From NCBI RefSeq assembly GCF_009834535.1, contig NC_045697.1:61382001-61446000 (forward strand): a stretch of DNA of 64,000 nucleotides, read 5' to 3'. Below the pieces are notes generated by a model. That model ran no database searches. It had not been told where the DNA came from and was given only the letters and a program-made list of their open reading frames with translations. The position numbers and the translations under genes were made by a program. The stretch comes from Camelus ferus (taxonomy: Eukaryota). Below are positions 25,520 to 39,349 of this stretch, piece after piece. Position 1 is the first letter of the stretch, and every line of letters starts with the position of its first letter.

Positions 25520-26090
25520 AACTTTCCTGCAAATCACTCTTTGTTTTCCATATGTATTCTTGAGCTTCTCTAATATACTCTCTACTGAGAAACCAGAGAA
25601 ACTTTTAAAGTATTTAAATCAGTCATGCCACTCGTCTACTTAATAATTTCAGTGAATTTCCATTGCCATTAGGGTAATACCCAAAATCTTTTTCATATCC
25701 TCCAAGACCTCAGTATTCTGGCTCCCACCTACATCTCCCACTTCAATTAGATGCCATGTTCCCTTACATACTCGTTGCCCCAGCAACGTTTCCTCAGTTC
25801 CTAAGTATCTTATGATCTTTCCTATCAAAGAGTTTTGCCTGCCTTTGACTAGAATTTTCCTCCCACTCTGTCCTTCACTTGCTACTTTTATTAACTTTCA
25901 GGTCTCACTTAAATGCTACTTCTTCAGAAACCTCCAGTCTTCTACATACACTTTATATTTAGCATTTCTCTTTTACAAATGCATCTTACTTTAGCAATTT
26001 CTTATATGTCTGTCTCCTGCATGAGATTTTAAACTCTGTGATGACAGAAGTCATGTCTTTCTTGTTCAGTATTACATTCCTTCTCTATAA
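25520..26090 (+). mobile_element. L2 3' region
   Basis: 'aaatcagtcatgccactc', 'tcaggtctcacttaaatgctacttcttcagaaacctcc', 'tgtctgtctcctgcatgagattttaaactctgtga'. Confidence 0.75.
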
Positions 26091-27867
26091 TTTGGCCCTA
26101 ATAAAGTAGAGAGTAGAATGGGCCAAACTTCAGCTCACCAATTCCACTGAAATTCACTGCACTGGAATACGACTGCATTGAGTCTAAATCCAAGGTCAAA
26201 ATAACCAGAGAAGGCCAGAAGTTTAGGTTAGTGGGTCCCTCATAGGAGTTATTCTGAAGCAGAAAAAGGCAGTGGACCACATGCCCCAACTACTTGAGTT
26301 TGAAAAAAAAAAAAAAAAAACCACGTACACACAAAACAGAAACAGAATAAAATAATTTTAAGATAAAAATAAATCAGGTTAAAAGTGACAACCAAAATTT
26401 CATTCCTTAAAGTAGAAAACAACCTTAGGCATTACCTGACACAACTTTCCAAATAATGAGGAAATATTCTATCCTATTTCCTCATTTTTTATCCTTCTAA
26501 TGATGTTCCACCTTCTAAAAAAACTATCTTGATAAAACCCCCGGGGCATCAGGCTTCTTGGAGGCAGAGGAATCCCTGGGTGGTTAGAGAAAAATACAGA
26601 AGCTAGTAGGAAAGAAGTCCTAGGCAAGTGCTCCTTGGCAAGGTCAATTGCAAACGTCAGTTCTTCTCATCTCCATTGTTTACTCTCCCATTTTTCTCTT
26701 TCATTTTACTTCTCCTTCCCATTATCCATCTTCCCCCCCTACTTTTCTAGCTCTTTTCTTTAGCTTTATATTGATTGCCCTCTTCCATCTTGCTGAATTT
26801 TCTTTACTCAAAATCACTTCCTTAACTGAAAAATGTTTTTTGTTTCCATCTTACAGATCTTAAAAATAAAAGAAGACAAAAATAGGAGAAAAATGGTGAA
26901 TTATGGGCAGAAAAATAATTGTAGGAAACCTGACTTTCTGAACTCCTCCATAGTCCTCTGTAAATCGATTCATGTGAAAGAATGGTGAGGGGTGGGTGGC
27001 AGACAGCATAGCTGGAAGAGGACCGGGAAGTGAAATGTACTTCAACAGCTTCTTTGCATTCAAGTAGAGGCTATCATTGTTCATACTGAATACATTGAAT
27101 GAAAGATAACAAAAGTTTGGGGGAGGTAATCTATAATTACATACATCCTAAGATAACTTTTATTTCTTACTATATGTATTTAATTTGAAACCTGAATACA
27201 CCACTTCACAGAAGTCAAGTCTTCCCTGCAAACAAATTACATTTGAATGGCATGAATGACTAGTTATTGTTTTTAACATTTCACAGTCATAATATCTTGC
27301 ATTCATATTCCCAGAGAACTCAAGGGCTAAAGAACCTTCACAGATCAGCAGAGAAAATTGCTTTACCCATCACAGAGATGGCATCTCCTCTGGGGAAGGA
27401 GCTGACAGCTTTTTAACAATGCATGATGCCTCATAACATTCTAGAAGGGGTTTGAAAACTGAATCCTAACTGTGCTTGTGGCATATCCTCCAAGCTTTGT
27501 TACATCACACTCAACAGTTAGTCTCTACCACAAGGATTTTTTTTTCTCTGAATATAACTTCTTATAAATAAAGCAGCTTGTTACTCTGCCCTTTTGTCAG
27601 GTGTCAGAAGATGTACTGTTTTATGTTTTGGAAGTATGTCCAGCTGATTCTTCCTGACAAGATGCAAGAAAAACAGAAAAAGAAGTAATTATGAAGACAG
27701 AGTCTCTGGACTTGGTTCTATGTTTTTCAAGTATAACCTCTTACAAATCTCTTGAACTCTATCTCAGGTTAATTAGTAAAAGTTAGATATTATGATTTTT
27801 ATCTATGGTGATTATCTAGGTACTCATGCTATGAAATCTGTGGATGCTACTGATGTGTTGAGAACAA

Positions 27868-28460
27868 TCATTTATTCAACAGATTTTCTTTATGGTGCCA
27901 CACTCTTCCAAGAATTGGGAATACAACTGTGAACAATATGAAATTCTTGTCCCTCAGGAGTTTATACTCAAGTGAGGGTAGATAGATAATAACCAAACAA
28001 ATAAATAATGTGTCAGAATAAAGAGAATAAGGAGTGGTAATGATGGGAAAGAAGAGGTAGTTTTATATAAAGTGATTTGGGTTGAATCTCTGACAAAATG
28101 ACATTTTAGCAGAGACTTGAAGGCAGGAAGACTGTGAGTCACGTTGATCTAGGGAAAAAGTGTTCAATGCAAGGAACAGCAGAGAGGCCAGTATTCTTAG
28201 CTAGAAGAGAGCAAAAGCAAAAGGGAGAATATCAAAAGATGAAGCTGGAGAAGTGGAAAGGGACCAAGTAGTATAAAGTCCACGGAAGGCCTTGGATATG
28301 GTAAAGGAACGGCAGAGTCTTGCTGAAATTTTAACAGGATCACTGGGGCGAACCATTAGAGAATAGACTAGAAGGCAAGAGGGGAAGTAGGGAGACCAAT
28401 TTAGGAGGCCATTGCAGAAGCCTTGCAAAGAGATGGTGGCGTTCTGATTTAGATGTAAGA
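27868..28460 (-). mobile_element. L2 (L2a-like)
   Basis: 'tcatttattcaacaga', 'ccctcaggagtttatactcaagtgaggg', 'tgacattttagcagagacttgaagg', 'ggagaccaatttaggaggccattgca'. Confidence 0.85.
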
Positions 28461-29189
28461 GAGTGCATGGAGCATAATATTCAAGGAGGAAGAATGTTCA
28501 CTGGAAAGCTTACCATAACTCAACGAGTCAAGCATGAAAAACAAAGTCAACCCTAAATCACAAAGAAAAGACTTAAAAATTTTCACCTGAGGTAACTATC
28601 ATAGTGGGAATGTGCAACTTACCTTTATTATGTCATAGTTTACCAGTTGTTTTTCAATGAGGGGTATTTCTTTGAACATGAAATATTCCCTTTTTTGATT
28701 CTTTGGCAGAGTCCTCTCCTTCAAACACGAGTTCTTCCACTTTTTTTTTTCACTTCATAAATCTAAACACACAAACAGAACATGCACACAGAGATACACA
28801 CACCACACACACAAAACCACCCTCTCTTTACCATTATGACCAGCAACTTTACTCTTTATAGAAAATACTTCATGCATTTGTGAGGATAAAAATGGCACAG
28901 AATTCTAAGAAACACAATGAAGCAGTATCAAGTTTATAAAAATACGTATGACATTTGTGACTTCTTTCTTAGAGGTAACCAAGATAAGCCAGGAACTCTA
29001 GGGAATTGGGAAATACTCAAGAATTGTGAGATACTCATCTTTCCTTCTCCTTTAGTTACATTTTCTTTTTTTCTCATTCATTCTCAGGACTCTATTTCAA
29101 GAAGTCACATAAAGAGAAGCTTTCTTAACATGGTTTGGAAAGTTAATGATTTTCTTGGATCCAGGAATCCATGAAGTTATAAGTAAACT

Positions 29190-29945
29190 TTAGCAATTTA
29201 GTAGATATATTAGGAAAAAAGTGCAAACTAGTTTAAATGAAAAAGGGAATTTCTTAGCTCAAAAACTCCTTGACCAAAAAGTGAGTTGGCTTCAAGAAAT
29301 TCTTGTTCCTAAAGTTCAAAGAGTATTAGGACTCTGCCTTACTTCAACACAGACCCTTGAAATGTGGTAGAAGTGATGACTTCTACTTGCTCAAGGCACA
29401 TCCCACCACCTGAAAATCTGAGGGAAACAGGGCACTTTCCCCACAGCTCAGGAAAAAGTTCCACAGACATGATGATTAATTTTATGTGTCAACTTTAGTG
29501 GGCTAAGGGATGCCCAGATGGCTGATTAAAAACATTATTTCTGGGTATATCTGTGAGAGTGTTTCTGGAAGAGATTAGCACTTGAATTGGTACTTGAATT
29601 GTCTGAGTAAAGACATTAGCCCTCACCAACCACAGTGGGCTATCCACCCACCCCACACTGAACAAAAAGAGGCAGAGAAAGACGAATAGATCTCTCTGCT
29701 TGAATAGGGACATCTATCCTCTTCTCTTAGACATTCAGGCTTCTGATTCTTGGGCCTTCAAACTCCCACTGGGACTTACGTAATTGGCTCCCCTAGTTCT
29801 CAGGACTTTGAATTTGGACTAAAACTACATCATCAGTTTCAAATATACCACAATTAAACGGTTCCACCGTTGAAAAGGGGGGAGATTTACCTTAGGAAAG
29901 AGGGAGTGGAATGGCCAACAAAAGCAGCAGATCAGCCCTAAGTGC
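29190..29945 (-). mobile_element. Old MaLR LTR (MLT1K-like), interrupted by MLT2
   Basis: 'caaactagtttaaatgaaaaagggaatttcttagctca' at the left end; 'aaagagggagtggaatggccaacaaaagcagcaga' at the right end. Confidence 0.5.
29468..29840 (+). mobile_element. ERVL LTR (MLT2B-like), 3'-truncated
   Basis: 'tgatgattaattttatgtgtcaact...gggctaagggatgcccaga...aaaacattatttctgggt...gtgtttctggaagagattagca'. Confidence 0.85.
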
Positions 29946-32900
29946 ATATATGCATGTTTACAAGCAGGAGAAGGAAGTGTCAAAAGCTTTCTTCAGATTC
30001 TAATAGGAGTCTGTGATGTCCCTGAAAAGGTTTAAATAGCATTGTAATGAGTATAGTGTTGTTACCTGAAGGTACAGAGAAAGAAAATCCCAAAAATGAA
30101 AAGGCAGGTATTTTTTAATTGCAATCACATTTTGACCAGCATGACTTTCCTTCTGTTAAACAACCATAATTTAGCATCAAGGGATTTATTCAAATTCTTA
30201 TAGAAATGAGACCATAAACCTTCAGAGCCTAAATAATATAATGAATATAAACTCAGCTTCTGGAGAGGTGAGTTTGTTTGCTGTTGCTATTTTTCTTCTT
30301 TTTTAATGGAGGTCCTATCATTATGACACATGGTGGATAATCACGAAGACTATTTTATCTCTCACTTTCTTTTTGAAATTCATTTAGTGTGGTAAGCTCT
30401 TCTGCTCTTGGATAAAAACTCAGGCACTGACAAGACTTCTGTGGTGACTTAGATAATAAAAGCCATGGTTATTTCAAACTGTCAAATACAGTGGGACTCA
30501 GAAAGGTAGAATGCCTATAATAATTAAAATTCTGATCTTCATTTAAATTTTCTGTGAAGTATTGGCTCCATTTTTTGTCCAAGGATTTTTGATGCATGTC
30601 TAGCCTATGTCTGTAGTAATGTATATAGATTGTTAAAAAAAAAAACCAAAAAAAACAAAACCCCTGAATGGATCCAATATATAACACAACCAGAATACTG
30701 AACAAAAAAGATTAATGGAATCGATTCCCAAAGCAACATTTTTTTTTCCTTCTTCTCTGGTCTTTTACCTTTGTTCAGGAAAGCTTGCTTTTCCTATTCT
30801 GGGTAAAAGTTGCTTAGTGCTGAAAATTTAGATAATACAAAGTTTCTTTAAAGCAACACATGCATAGATTTTATTCACTTCTTAGCATATGCACACCAAT
30901 ATAACAATCCAGGATTTTACTTTATTCAAACGTATAGCTACTCTGTGCTCTGCCAGGGCCTATGGAAGATAGAAAAAAAAAAAAAAAAGAGCCAAGGAAG
31001 AAGGCATATTCAGCTTTTTTTTTTTTCTCCCTGTGCTCTTCCACTACATTGCTAACCATGGTTTCTGAATCCTCTGAAGCTGAAGCATAAGGAGGAAGAG
31101 ATGCTAACTAGAGAGGGGAACATCTGTACGTATTACTGGCATAGCTGGTTCTATAACCTCTGGACCTGGTCTTTTCTTGTGAGGCACATTTGCTGGTCCT
31201 GCCCCAATTGCTACAGACCTCTCAGCTGCAGTATTCTTGATGTAGATCATGCATGCACTTTATCATTTCTTTCTTCCCCAGCCCATCAGAGTCCAGCAAT
31301 TCATGTCCAACCTTCCTGTGCCAAGTTGGTTTGCTCCTCTAGGCAACCTGAAATAATTTTACTCAAATTTCATCTCACCATTGTCTTCATCAAGCTCAAG
31401 TGACACAGTCATGGTTTCAAAAACCCTCATATGCTCAAGGAATGTAGGCTCAGAGTCACTTCATCCCTGATCATTCATGTACCTCAGATGGGTGCAGACC
31501 CCAATCCATGGTACCCTCTATTCCTACTCCTCCAATGTGGAGGGCTCACGTCATGTTCTCCCTCTACACCTGGAGAAAAGGTGAGGCAAATGGTAGAAAT
31601 TTGCCAAGGAAATTCTTTCTCAATCACCAATAATCTGACACTTTATAATATCAATTTTGGCAAGGGGTCATGTAACTGATCTTCAAATATTTCCTGAGAA
31701 ATTTTGCATTTTGTTTTGGCTCTTCCTTTTGGAATATCATCTTTATTTGATTTTTGTTGACTCAAACAAATGTTCTAACTTAATACCCTGTTAAAATATT
31801 ATTTTTTATTTTAAAATGGAGTTCTCATTTTGTGTCCAATAAAATCATACAGTTCTAAAAAAAATGAAGCATAAAAATGTCTGTATGAGTCTATGAATCA
31901 GTGTTTATATATCAATTCCAGTTACAGTGTCTATTAACTCTAAAATTGTTCTACAAAAATGACTATATATCATAAATAATTGTTTCATCTTCTCCTTAAG
32001 TGGATATATTTCTCATGGAGTTAAGTCTTTCTCTGGAACATGTATATTTGCTGCTCTCCTCTCACAATACAGGCTCCACAAACATGTGTACACTACCCAT
32101 TCCATCCTGTTCACCTTCAATGGAAGTTTCCTGCATGTGGACATTGTCGTTACCTACTGTGTATCCTAATAAACAGAATTAGCCCAGACCAGACAAACTT
32201 CCCCTTGATTTGCTTGTTTCTTCTAACCCTCTTAGCTCCCCGTCTCAGCTCTTGACAATAACTTTGTTCAGAAGACTTTTTGAAGGAGCCACTCTGGCTC
32301 CCATGGCTATGGATATGTCATTTGCCCCCAGTGCCCACATACAGGCACCCTGGGACACTACTGAAGCTCTCATCAGTGCCTCACGCCCATCAGTTAAGAG
32401 GGATTCAACACAAAGGGCTAACCCTTGTCATCTAACAGTTGTGTTTATGTCTGACTGTTTTCATGGCAGTATTAATTGCTATCACAAGACAGGATCTGTT
32501 ACAAATTAGCTACTTATTTGATAGTGTCCATTTGATTAAGAGATATTTATTTTTACCTTGAAAGCAGAGTGCAAACTTTAAAGTGAATCTGTCCCTTCGC
32601 TCACTGGCTAAAATAGAAAATGATTTCTTTCTTCTCATTCCATCAATCAAAGATCACAAACAAAGCTTTGATGGATGACCAGCCATGATGGATTAGAATT
32701 ACGTCATTATTAGAAAATGTCCCATCATCATTTTTCCAAAAGTGTACATCAATTATGGAGTCTGAATTTAGATAAAAGTAGCCAGGAAAACATCTTCCTA
32801 TCCATACTCTTCACATAGTACCTTTTGCAGTTAACTCTTTCTTTGCTTTGTCCTTGATAACTGTGATTTCAATACAACTCTATCAACCTACATAATAGTT

Positions 32901-34442
32901 TGGGCTTCCTCTAAGCACAATTCCTTTTGACAGTCTTAATGACTGTCTTTGACTACGAGATTCCTCCAGCACTTTCTAATACAGAGCAACCAAGTGAAAC
33001 TGAAGTGGAGAGCACACTTCATTCTAGATTCAAACAACTGTCACACAAGTTGACATTTTGAGTGTCATTTTACTATTTGTAGAATAAGTCATGCACTTCC
33101 TATACACTGTCTTATAATATTTTACCAAAATGCTTCCAATCTGTATGATACAATAAATTTCCTTGGTATTCTACCTGCAATATTTTCCCTACTTACAAGC
33201 AAGGCAATACATGAACCATTCAATGAAATAAACTTTAGGGAGGCAGCAAGGCTTGATGGTGCTTCTAAAAGTTGAGCCATAGTGAACTGTGAATAAGCTT
33301 TAGAATCAAAGAGAATTGTTCTATCTTTTATGCTTCCCTTTTTCAAGTTCTCAAAGCACATTTGTTCTATTTCATTTTTCACATTTTTGATATCTTAAAA
33401 TTAATATACCAAATGTATATGAATGCCCAGTATGGCTGAGAAATTAGATTTAGCCCATTGGAGTTAATAAGGAAAAATATTTTTTTGCAGTAATAATATG
33501 TACCATATTTTAAATGTTTCAAACTAGGCAGTATGCACATTGTAATCCTTTGGTAAAGCGAAATGGGATGCAAATTATTGGTCCCCCTTCGGTGCCTGGA
33601 GGAAATTATAGAAAAAAAAAAAAAAAAACAACACAAAAGTTATACCCATCCACTGAAGTGGAAATTATGGCATAGGAAAGAACAGGGCTTTTATCTGCTT
33701 TGATAGAATTTTATTTAACAATATTAGAAGGTTTATTTTTATAATGAGAAAATATAGAAACTATAAAACAGACTATATTGTGTCTTATCACAATTGCAGA
33801 GGATAGTTTAATCACCTAAATGCTGCATTCCTCATGTTGAAAAGTGAGAAATAAGCCTCATTTGGAGAAATCCCATCTTACTTTTTTATTACTATTTTCA
33901 AAATCTATTTTTAAATAAAATTTGATGCTATATTCATATGGAATTCTCAACTATCTTCCTGTAGGCAATGAGCCAGCTTCGTAATTGCTGGATAATAAGC
34001 AGAAGGGAAGAGATCCTCTTTAATATCTTCAGTTACTGAAATTCACTGGAAGGAACACTCAACAAAGGATGGACAGGACTATATTCTATCTACAGATCTT
34101 TTATAAAACTGTTTATTTTCCTTGCCTAATACATGTGCAATTCTACTTGCCCTGGATATCTCTCAGGATACTTATAAGTGAAAAAAAAAAACAGTGAAAG
34201 TGAAAAATAAATAAATGCTCTAAAAAGTGTAAAGTGCAACCCAAACATAAAACATCCCAGTTGCAGGGCTCATCTTAGTCCTTCTGGATTTTCTGACTTC
34301 GATGCTATCCATCAGAATGGCTTTAGCATTTATATTTATTAACAAGAGTAAAGAAAATTAGATGACAGGTGAAATTTGAAAGGACGGACATCCATGCCAC
34401 ATGGCTCTTGTCTGGCTGTGAAAACACTATTACATTAGCTGG

Positions 34443-35009
34443 TGCAGCAGATAAACTCCAGGGCAGCTGCCCATGATCTTTGCTTCCTAGTATACACACC
34501 CTGTATAAGCCCTTCTCCCTGAGCATGGGTGGGGCCTGTCACTAGCCAACAGAACATGGCAAAGATAATGAGATGCTACTTCTGTGACTGCATTACTATA
34601 TAAAGGCTATTTTGTTAACAGACTCTCAAGAGACTCTAGTTGGCTTGATGAAGGGGCCATGTTGGAAAAGCCATGTGGCAAGGAATTGTGGGTGGCCTCT
34701 ATGAACTGAGAGCGACTTCCAGGAGCGGAGTGTAGCCTCCAGCAGACAGCTGGCAAAAGCCAGTATAGCCACAGGAAAATGAATTCTGCCAGTAGCCTTA
34801 GTGAGCTTGGAAGTGGATTCTCCCTCATCCCCAGATAGGAATGCAGGCTGGTCACATCTTGATTGCAGCTTTGTAAGACCTTGAGCAGAGGTCTCAGCTA
34901 CTCTGTGACTAGATTCCTGACCCACAGAAACTGTGGAATAATAAATGTGTGCTTTTTTAAGCTGCTAAGCTTATGATGATTTGTTATGCAGTAATAGAAA
35001 ATTAACACA
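34443..35009 (+). mobile_element. MaLR LTR (MLT1E/F-like), near full length
   Basis: TG...CA termini; 'ccatgtggcaaggaattgtgggtggcctcta' and 'aataaatgtgtgcttttttaagctgctaag...atttgttatgcagtaatagaaaattaacaca'. Confidence 0.9.
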
Positions 35010-35869
35010 GTAGGTAAAGGGTTCATTATTAACCTGACTTAACTAATGATAATTATCAAACCAAGAGATTAAATATTTTTTTGATAAGTCACAGCCTACT
35101 ACTGATCATCATTCCTTCTGAGATACTGATCAGAAATTGAACACTTTCCATATTTGCACTAAATCAGTTGGCTGATTTAGAAATTTGGAAATCTAAATCA
35201 AAAGATATTTGCCTTTAACAATTATCTTCAGGTTGCTTCTCACTCTAATTGTAAGTGATATCAAATTTTCCTTACAGCTATCCACTTCCTTATGAAGAAA
35301 GCCTAGAATATCAGACTTTTGTAGCTGAAACAATAAAAATGTGTGCATATTTGTGCAACCTGTGATATAAGCAGAGCATATTTATTAATACACCTATTTT
35401 CTAATAGCAAAAGGCACCCACTATTTTCTTTCCATTTTCCCATTCTCTTCTATTATTGTACTCAACATTGGAGTCTCTTCTTAATTTCCGATTTAAATTT
35501 TCCAAAGAGCAGAAGGCAATAATCAATTATCTAACAACAATGACTATACTTCTTGCCCAGGGTGCTCTAAAGAACTGAAAGGAAATCTGTTAGGTCATTT
35601 CCTCATATATAAGGATTCTATGAGATTAGATTCTTAGCTATAGTGTTAAATGTATCAACAACCATCCAAAACCAGGTGAGCTAGCTCCCTTCTTTTCCCA
35701 ACAGGAGACACCAAAGAAAAAAAAATTTAGAAAACTCAATTTGATTGTTCCTATATAAATGCAGGTGACATAGTGAGCACAAGCACACACAAAATTCTGT
35801 TTTCTAAAAGTAAGGCGTCCTACTACCAAGATTCATGGTGCTTTGAGTCACTTCCCTCTATTCTAATGG

Positions 35870-36365
35870 GAACACAAACTATTCTTATACCAGAATAAGT
35901 GCTGGAAATTATTCAGCTACTATTTTTTAGTGTTTTTTCCACCAGCTTTGTATAGTTTCATCTCATGAATGTCCAAATAAGCACACGGCCAGAGGCTAGA
36001 GCATCACCGCTCTGCAAATCTCCAGATCTCTTTCTGCCTTCTCTCCTATGCTATGCCCTACACATTCCAGCCACGCTGCCTTCTTGTCGCTCTGGTTTCT
36101 ATTCTCAATTCAGGGCGACTGCTAGGCTCTCTCTCACTCCCTACCTCCCTCCATAGCAACCTGGAGACTACCTTTAGACATCAAGGCGAAGTAATTGTAG
36201 GTTAACTTCATTTTGTTCACCCCTTTCTTAGAGATCATAGATCTGCACTGCCTGTTGTCTGATGTTGAAAAACAGTCATTTCATATATTTTGTCCAGTTT
36301 ACTGGTTGTATCAAAGGAGTGTAAACTTCACGGCAATTAATCTTCCTTGGCCAATAGTAGAAGAT
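35870..36365 (-). mobile_element. Old L1 (L1MC/L1ME-type) 5' region
   Basis: 'ctgcactgcctgttgtctgatgttgaaaaacagtcatttcatatattttgtccagttt' is characteristic of antisense old-L1 5' ends. Confidence 0.65.
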
Positions 36366-36479
36366 CGTATCTTTTTTACCCTATCCCTCCATGTGTGACT
36401 CAGCATTATCATAGACAGCACCCGTACCACACAATTGAACCCCAGAGATGTGATAAGCTGGAGAGAGGTTTTCACTCTG

Positions 36480-36730
36480 GGGAAAGCAGTTAGGAGGCTT
36501 AATGAACAAGAGCACACATTCCGAGTTTACATCCTGGCATGCTACCTATTAGCTATTTGACCTCTGCAAATCATTAAATGGTCTCTGCCTCAGTTTTCCC
36601 AGATGCCAAACATGGAAAGCAATAATATGTCTCATATGAGTGTTGTAGATTAATTTATTTGATACATGCAAAGTGCTTGAGGGTACCTAGCACATATTAA
36701 TTATCATATATTACTTATTATTATAAGAGC
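36480..36730 (+). mobile_element. MIR SINE
   Basis: 'attagctatttgacctctgcaaatcattaaatggtctctgcctcagttttccc...gcaaagtgcttgagggtacctagcacata'. Confidence 0.8.
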
Positions 36731-37754
36731 TATTACTATAATTAGCTTGAGGAGCTAAGAAAAAGATGTAAAAAAATGGGTGATATGACTATTCATTTGG
36801 TTGGAGAGTAAAAGGGGTAAAGACAATACTCTTCAATACATGTGAGCTATTATATTACTAGGGATGGGTTCTGTGGTCCTACACGAAGACTAAAGTTCAA
36901 GAAAATGTCCCAAAAGTACGAGCAATTACAGCTAGAGAAGAAAAAATTCCTTGACAGAAATGGTAATTAAACACAATATAAGAAAGTTTTATAAAATGCT
37001 CTTCTCTGATGGCTTTTAAAATCGGGAGGATCCCTCTGAATGCAAAAGGATAAATAAAGTTCTAATTTGACCTGATAGCAGGGAGTGCCCAGTCACCCAT
37101 GCATTTGTTTCCTCATTCAATAAAAGGCTATTAACATCTACTATGGCTTCCGTTTGAGGTCTTAGCAGATGCAAAAATGAATCATGTGGTCTCCGTCCTT
37201 GAGAATCTCAGGATGCAGAGGCAGGGAAGGAAACAGAAACACAATTTCAAGGCAATGTCAACCGATGTCTAGCCAGAGTAAGAACAAAGTGTAATGAAAG
37301 AACTAAAAACGATTGTCTACGAGTACTTGTAGCCTTAATTTAAGGTTAAAAGATACAGTGTTGATAGTTTATTTTAAAAACTTTGCCTCACATTATTTTC
37401 CTACAGAAATCTCAAAGAATTTAAAACAATTTTTAAATAGAAGGAATGTTTTGACTCATCGATAGTGAATGACAAATCATTATATGCCAATAAATGTATT
37501 TAATAATCAGCTAAAATTTAATCTCCAAATATTCAAAGATAGAATAAAAGCAAAGATAAACACAATGTTTCTCCCCACTTTGGCCTCCCTTTGTGGATAT
37601 CACTGAACTCTATTACTTTAAAAGATGAATGATGACTAATTCTAGATACCCCCAAGACAATGTTAGTTTTCAGAAAAATCCATCTTATTTAATTAACCTA
37701 ATAAAGGATTTAAGATAGGTGTTTCAAAGGTAGTAGAGAATAAGGGATAAAAAA

Positions 37755-38010
37755 TGATAGCTACCCTTTTAAAATATGATTATGTGCTAGGACTTGTTCT
37801 AGTTCCTTAAGATCATGGCCTGCATTTAATTTTCAGTCTTCATCCAAAGTAGCTACTATTACTTTTTCTTCTTAGGTTTAAGGAAACTGAGTCTCAAGGA
37901 TGATAAATGAACATAGGTTATATGGTTCATAAGTGATGAAGCTGGAATTTGAAACCAGAGCCATGTGTCTCTAAATGCCTAGCTCTTAACCACAGTATGT
38001 GTTGCCTCCA
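37755..38010 (-). mobile_element. MIR SINE
   Basis: 'aaggaaactgagtctcaagga...gaagctggaatttgaaacc...gctcttaaccac'. Confidence 0.8.
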
Positions 38011-39349
38011 GACCTGAGCAGCAAATGTGGCCCAAATTGCTTTAGAAAGTAGTAAGAACTAAGGCCCTCAAAGGGAATCCTTCCTGTCCCCAAGGTATTA
38101 AGGTACAGGTATAATGGAGTGGTTTAAAACAACAATTCTTTAGAAGTTTCATTTAAATATCCTGTAAAAATTAGTTTTTTTCCACTTTATTTCCCCCCAT
38201 CATTTTTCTCCACTAAGAAGATTTAGTATGCTTGTACAGGAAGAAAAAAAATCAAATTACTTCAATAGACAAGATTGATGGGAACTTGGAAAAAAAAATA
38301 ATGATTGAAATTCTCAGCTGTTCTCCAAGGTGATTAAATCCTAATTGAGGGAAGGGCCTTGTGTGAAACCTGCAGGCTACAGCAAGATGGTTCCGTGGGC
38401 TCTGAAGGAGATATAGTTGGATCTATTGCATTCAGCAACTGCTTTAGGCAGTTCCGAATCGAGTGGTTACAATTCAATAATAGGAAGGGCTGACATTATA
38501 ATGATTTCTACTCTCCTTAATTATTCTGTAACGTTTGTTAATGTGCATAAGCAATGATTCTGAAGCACCGTTTAAGAGGGCACAGAGGAACTCTCATTTA
38601 GGTGGATGGAACTCAATTTTAGTGGGGTGACATTCTAGTCCCCTCTTAAAATGTATTGTACATCTACCCTTTGAGCTTAATGCCCTCAAGTATTTCTTAC
38701 TTATCAATAGAAGATGACTATTCAGGTGAAGGAATGACAAAATTCTGTTAATATTTAAGTAGTAATTTATCGTTTAGATTCCCTCTAGAGACAAAATCAT
38801 GGAAAAAGATACTCACAGTTTTTCAGGGAAAAGACTTCTCCATTACATGGATTAGGAAAATGAGGCTTAGAGATATTAAATGCTTTGTCAAAGACAACAT
38901 AGCCTATAAGGAGCAAACCTGTGCATTTTGTTTATTTTGATATTACACTGTGCTTTATTGATTTTTAAGAGAGTATTCTTCTCTCTTTGAATTGAATGTG
39001 CTTAGCAACTTTTCTATGAATTGAGTAGCTAAAAGATGCTATACCCATATCTCATTTAATGGATCTTTTTGGATGCCCATCATATGCCAGTGGTGCAAAA
39101 CTCAAATGCTATTCCTGTCCTCTGGGAGCTTATAATTGAGCAGTAAAGAAAAACAATGAACAGGTAATTATAAGTAAACTTTGGGAAACTGATTTAATTC
39201 TTACATGTAGTATGGACAGAAACCAAGAGAAGTATATCATTGTCTTATATCAGAAGCCTTTTGAGTTTGGCGAAGTGGAAAAAAAAAAGAAGAAAATCAT
39301 TGGTGGACAACTTGAGAAAACATTGCAAATCAAGGTTTCATTAAATGAT

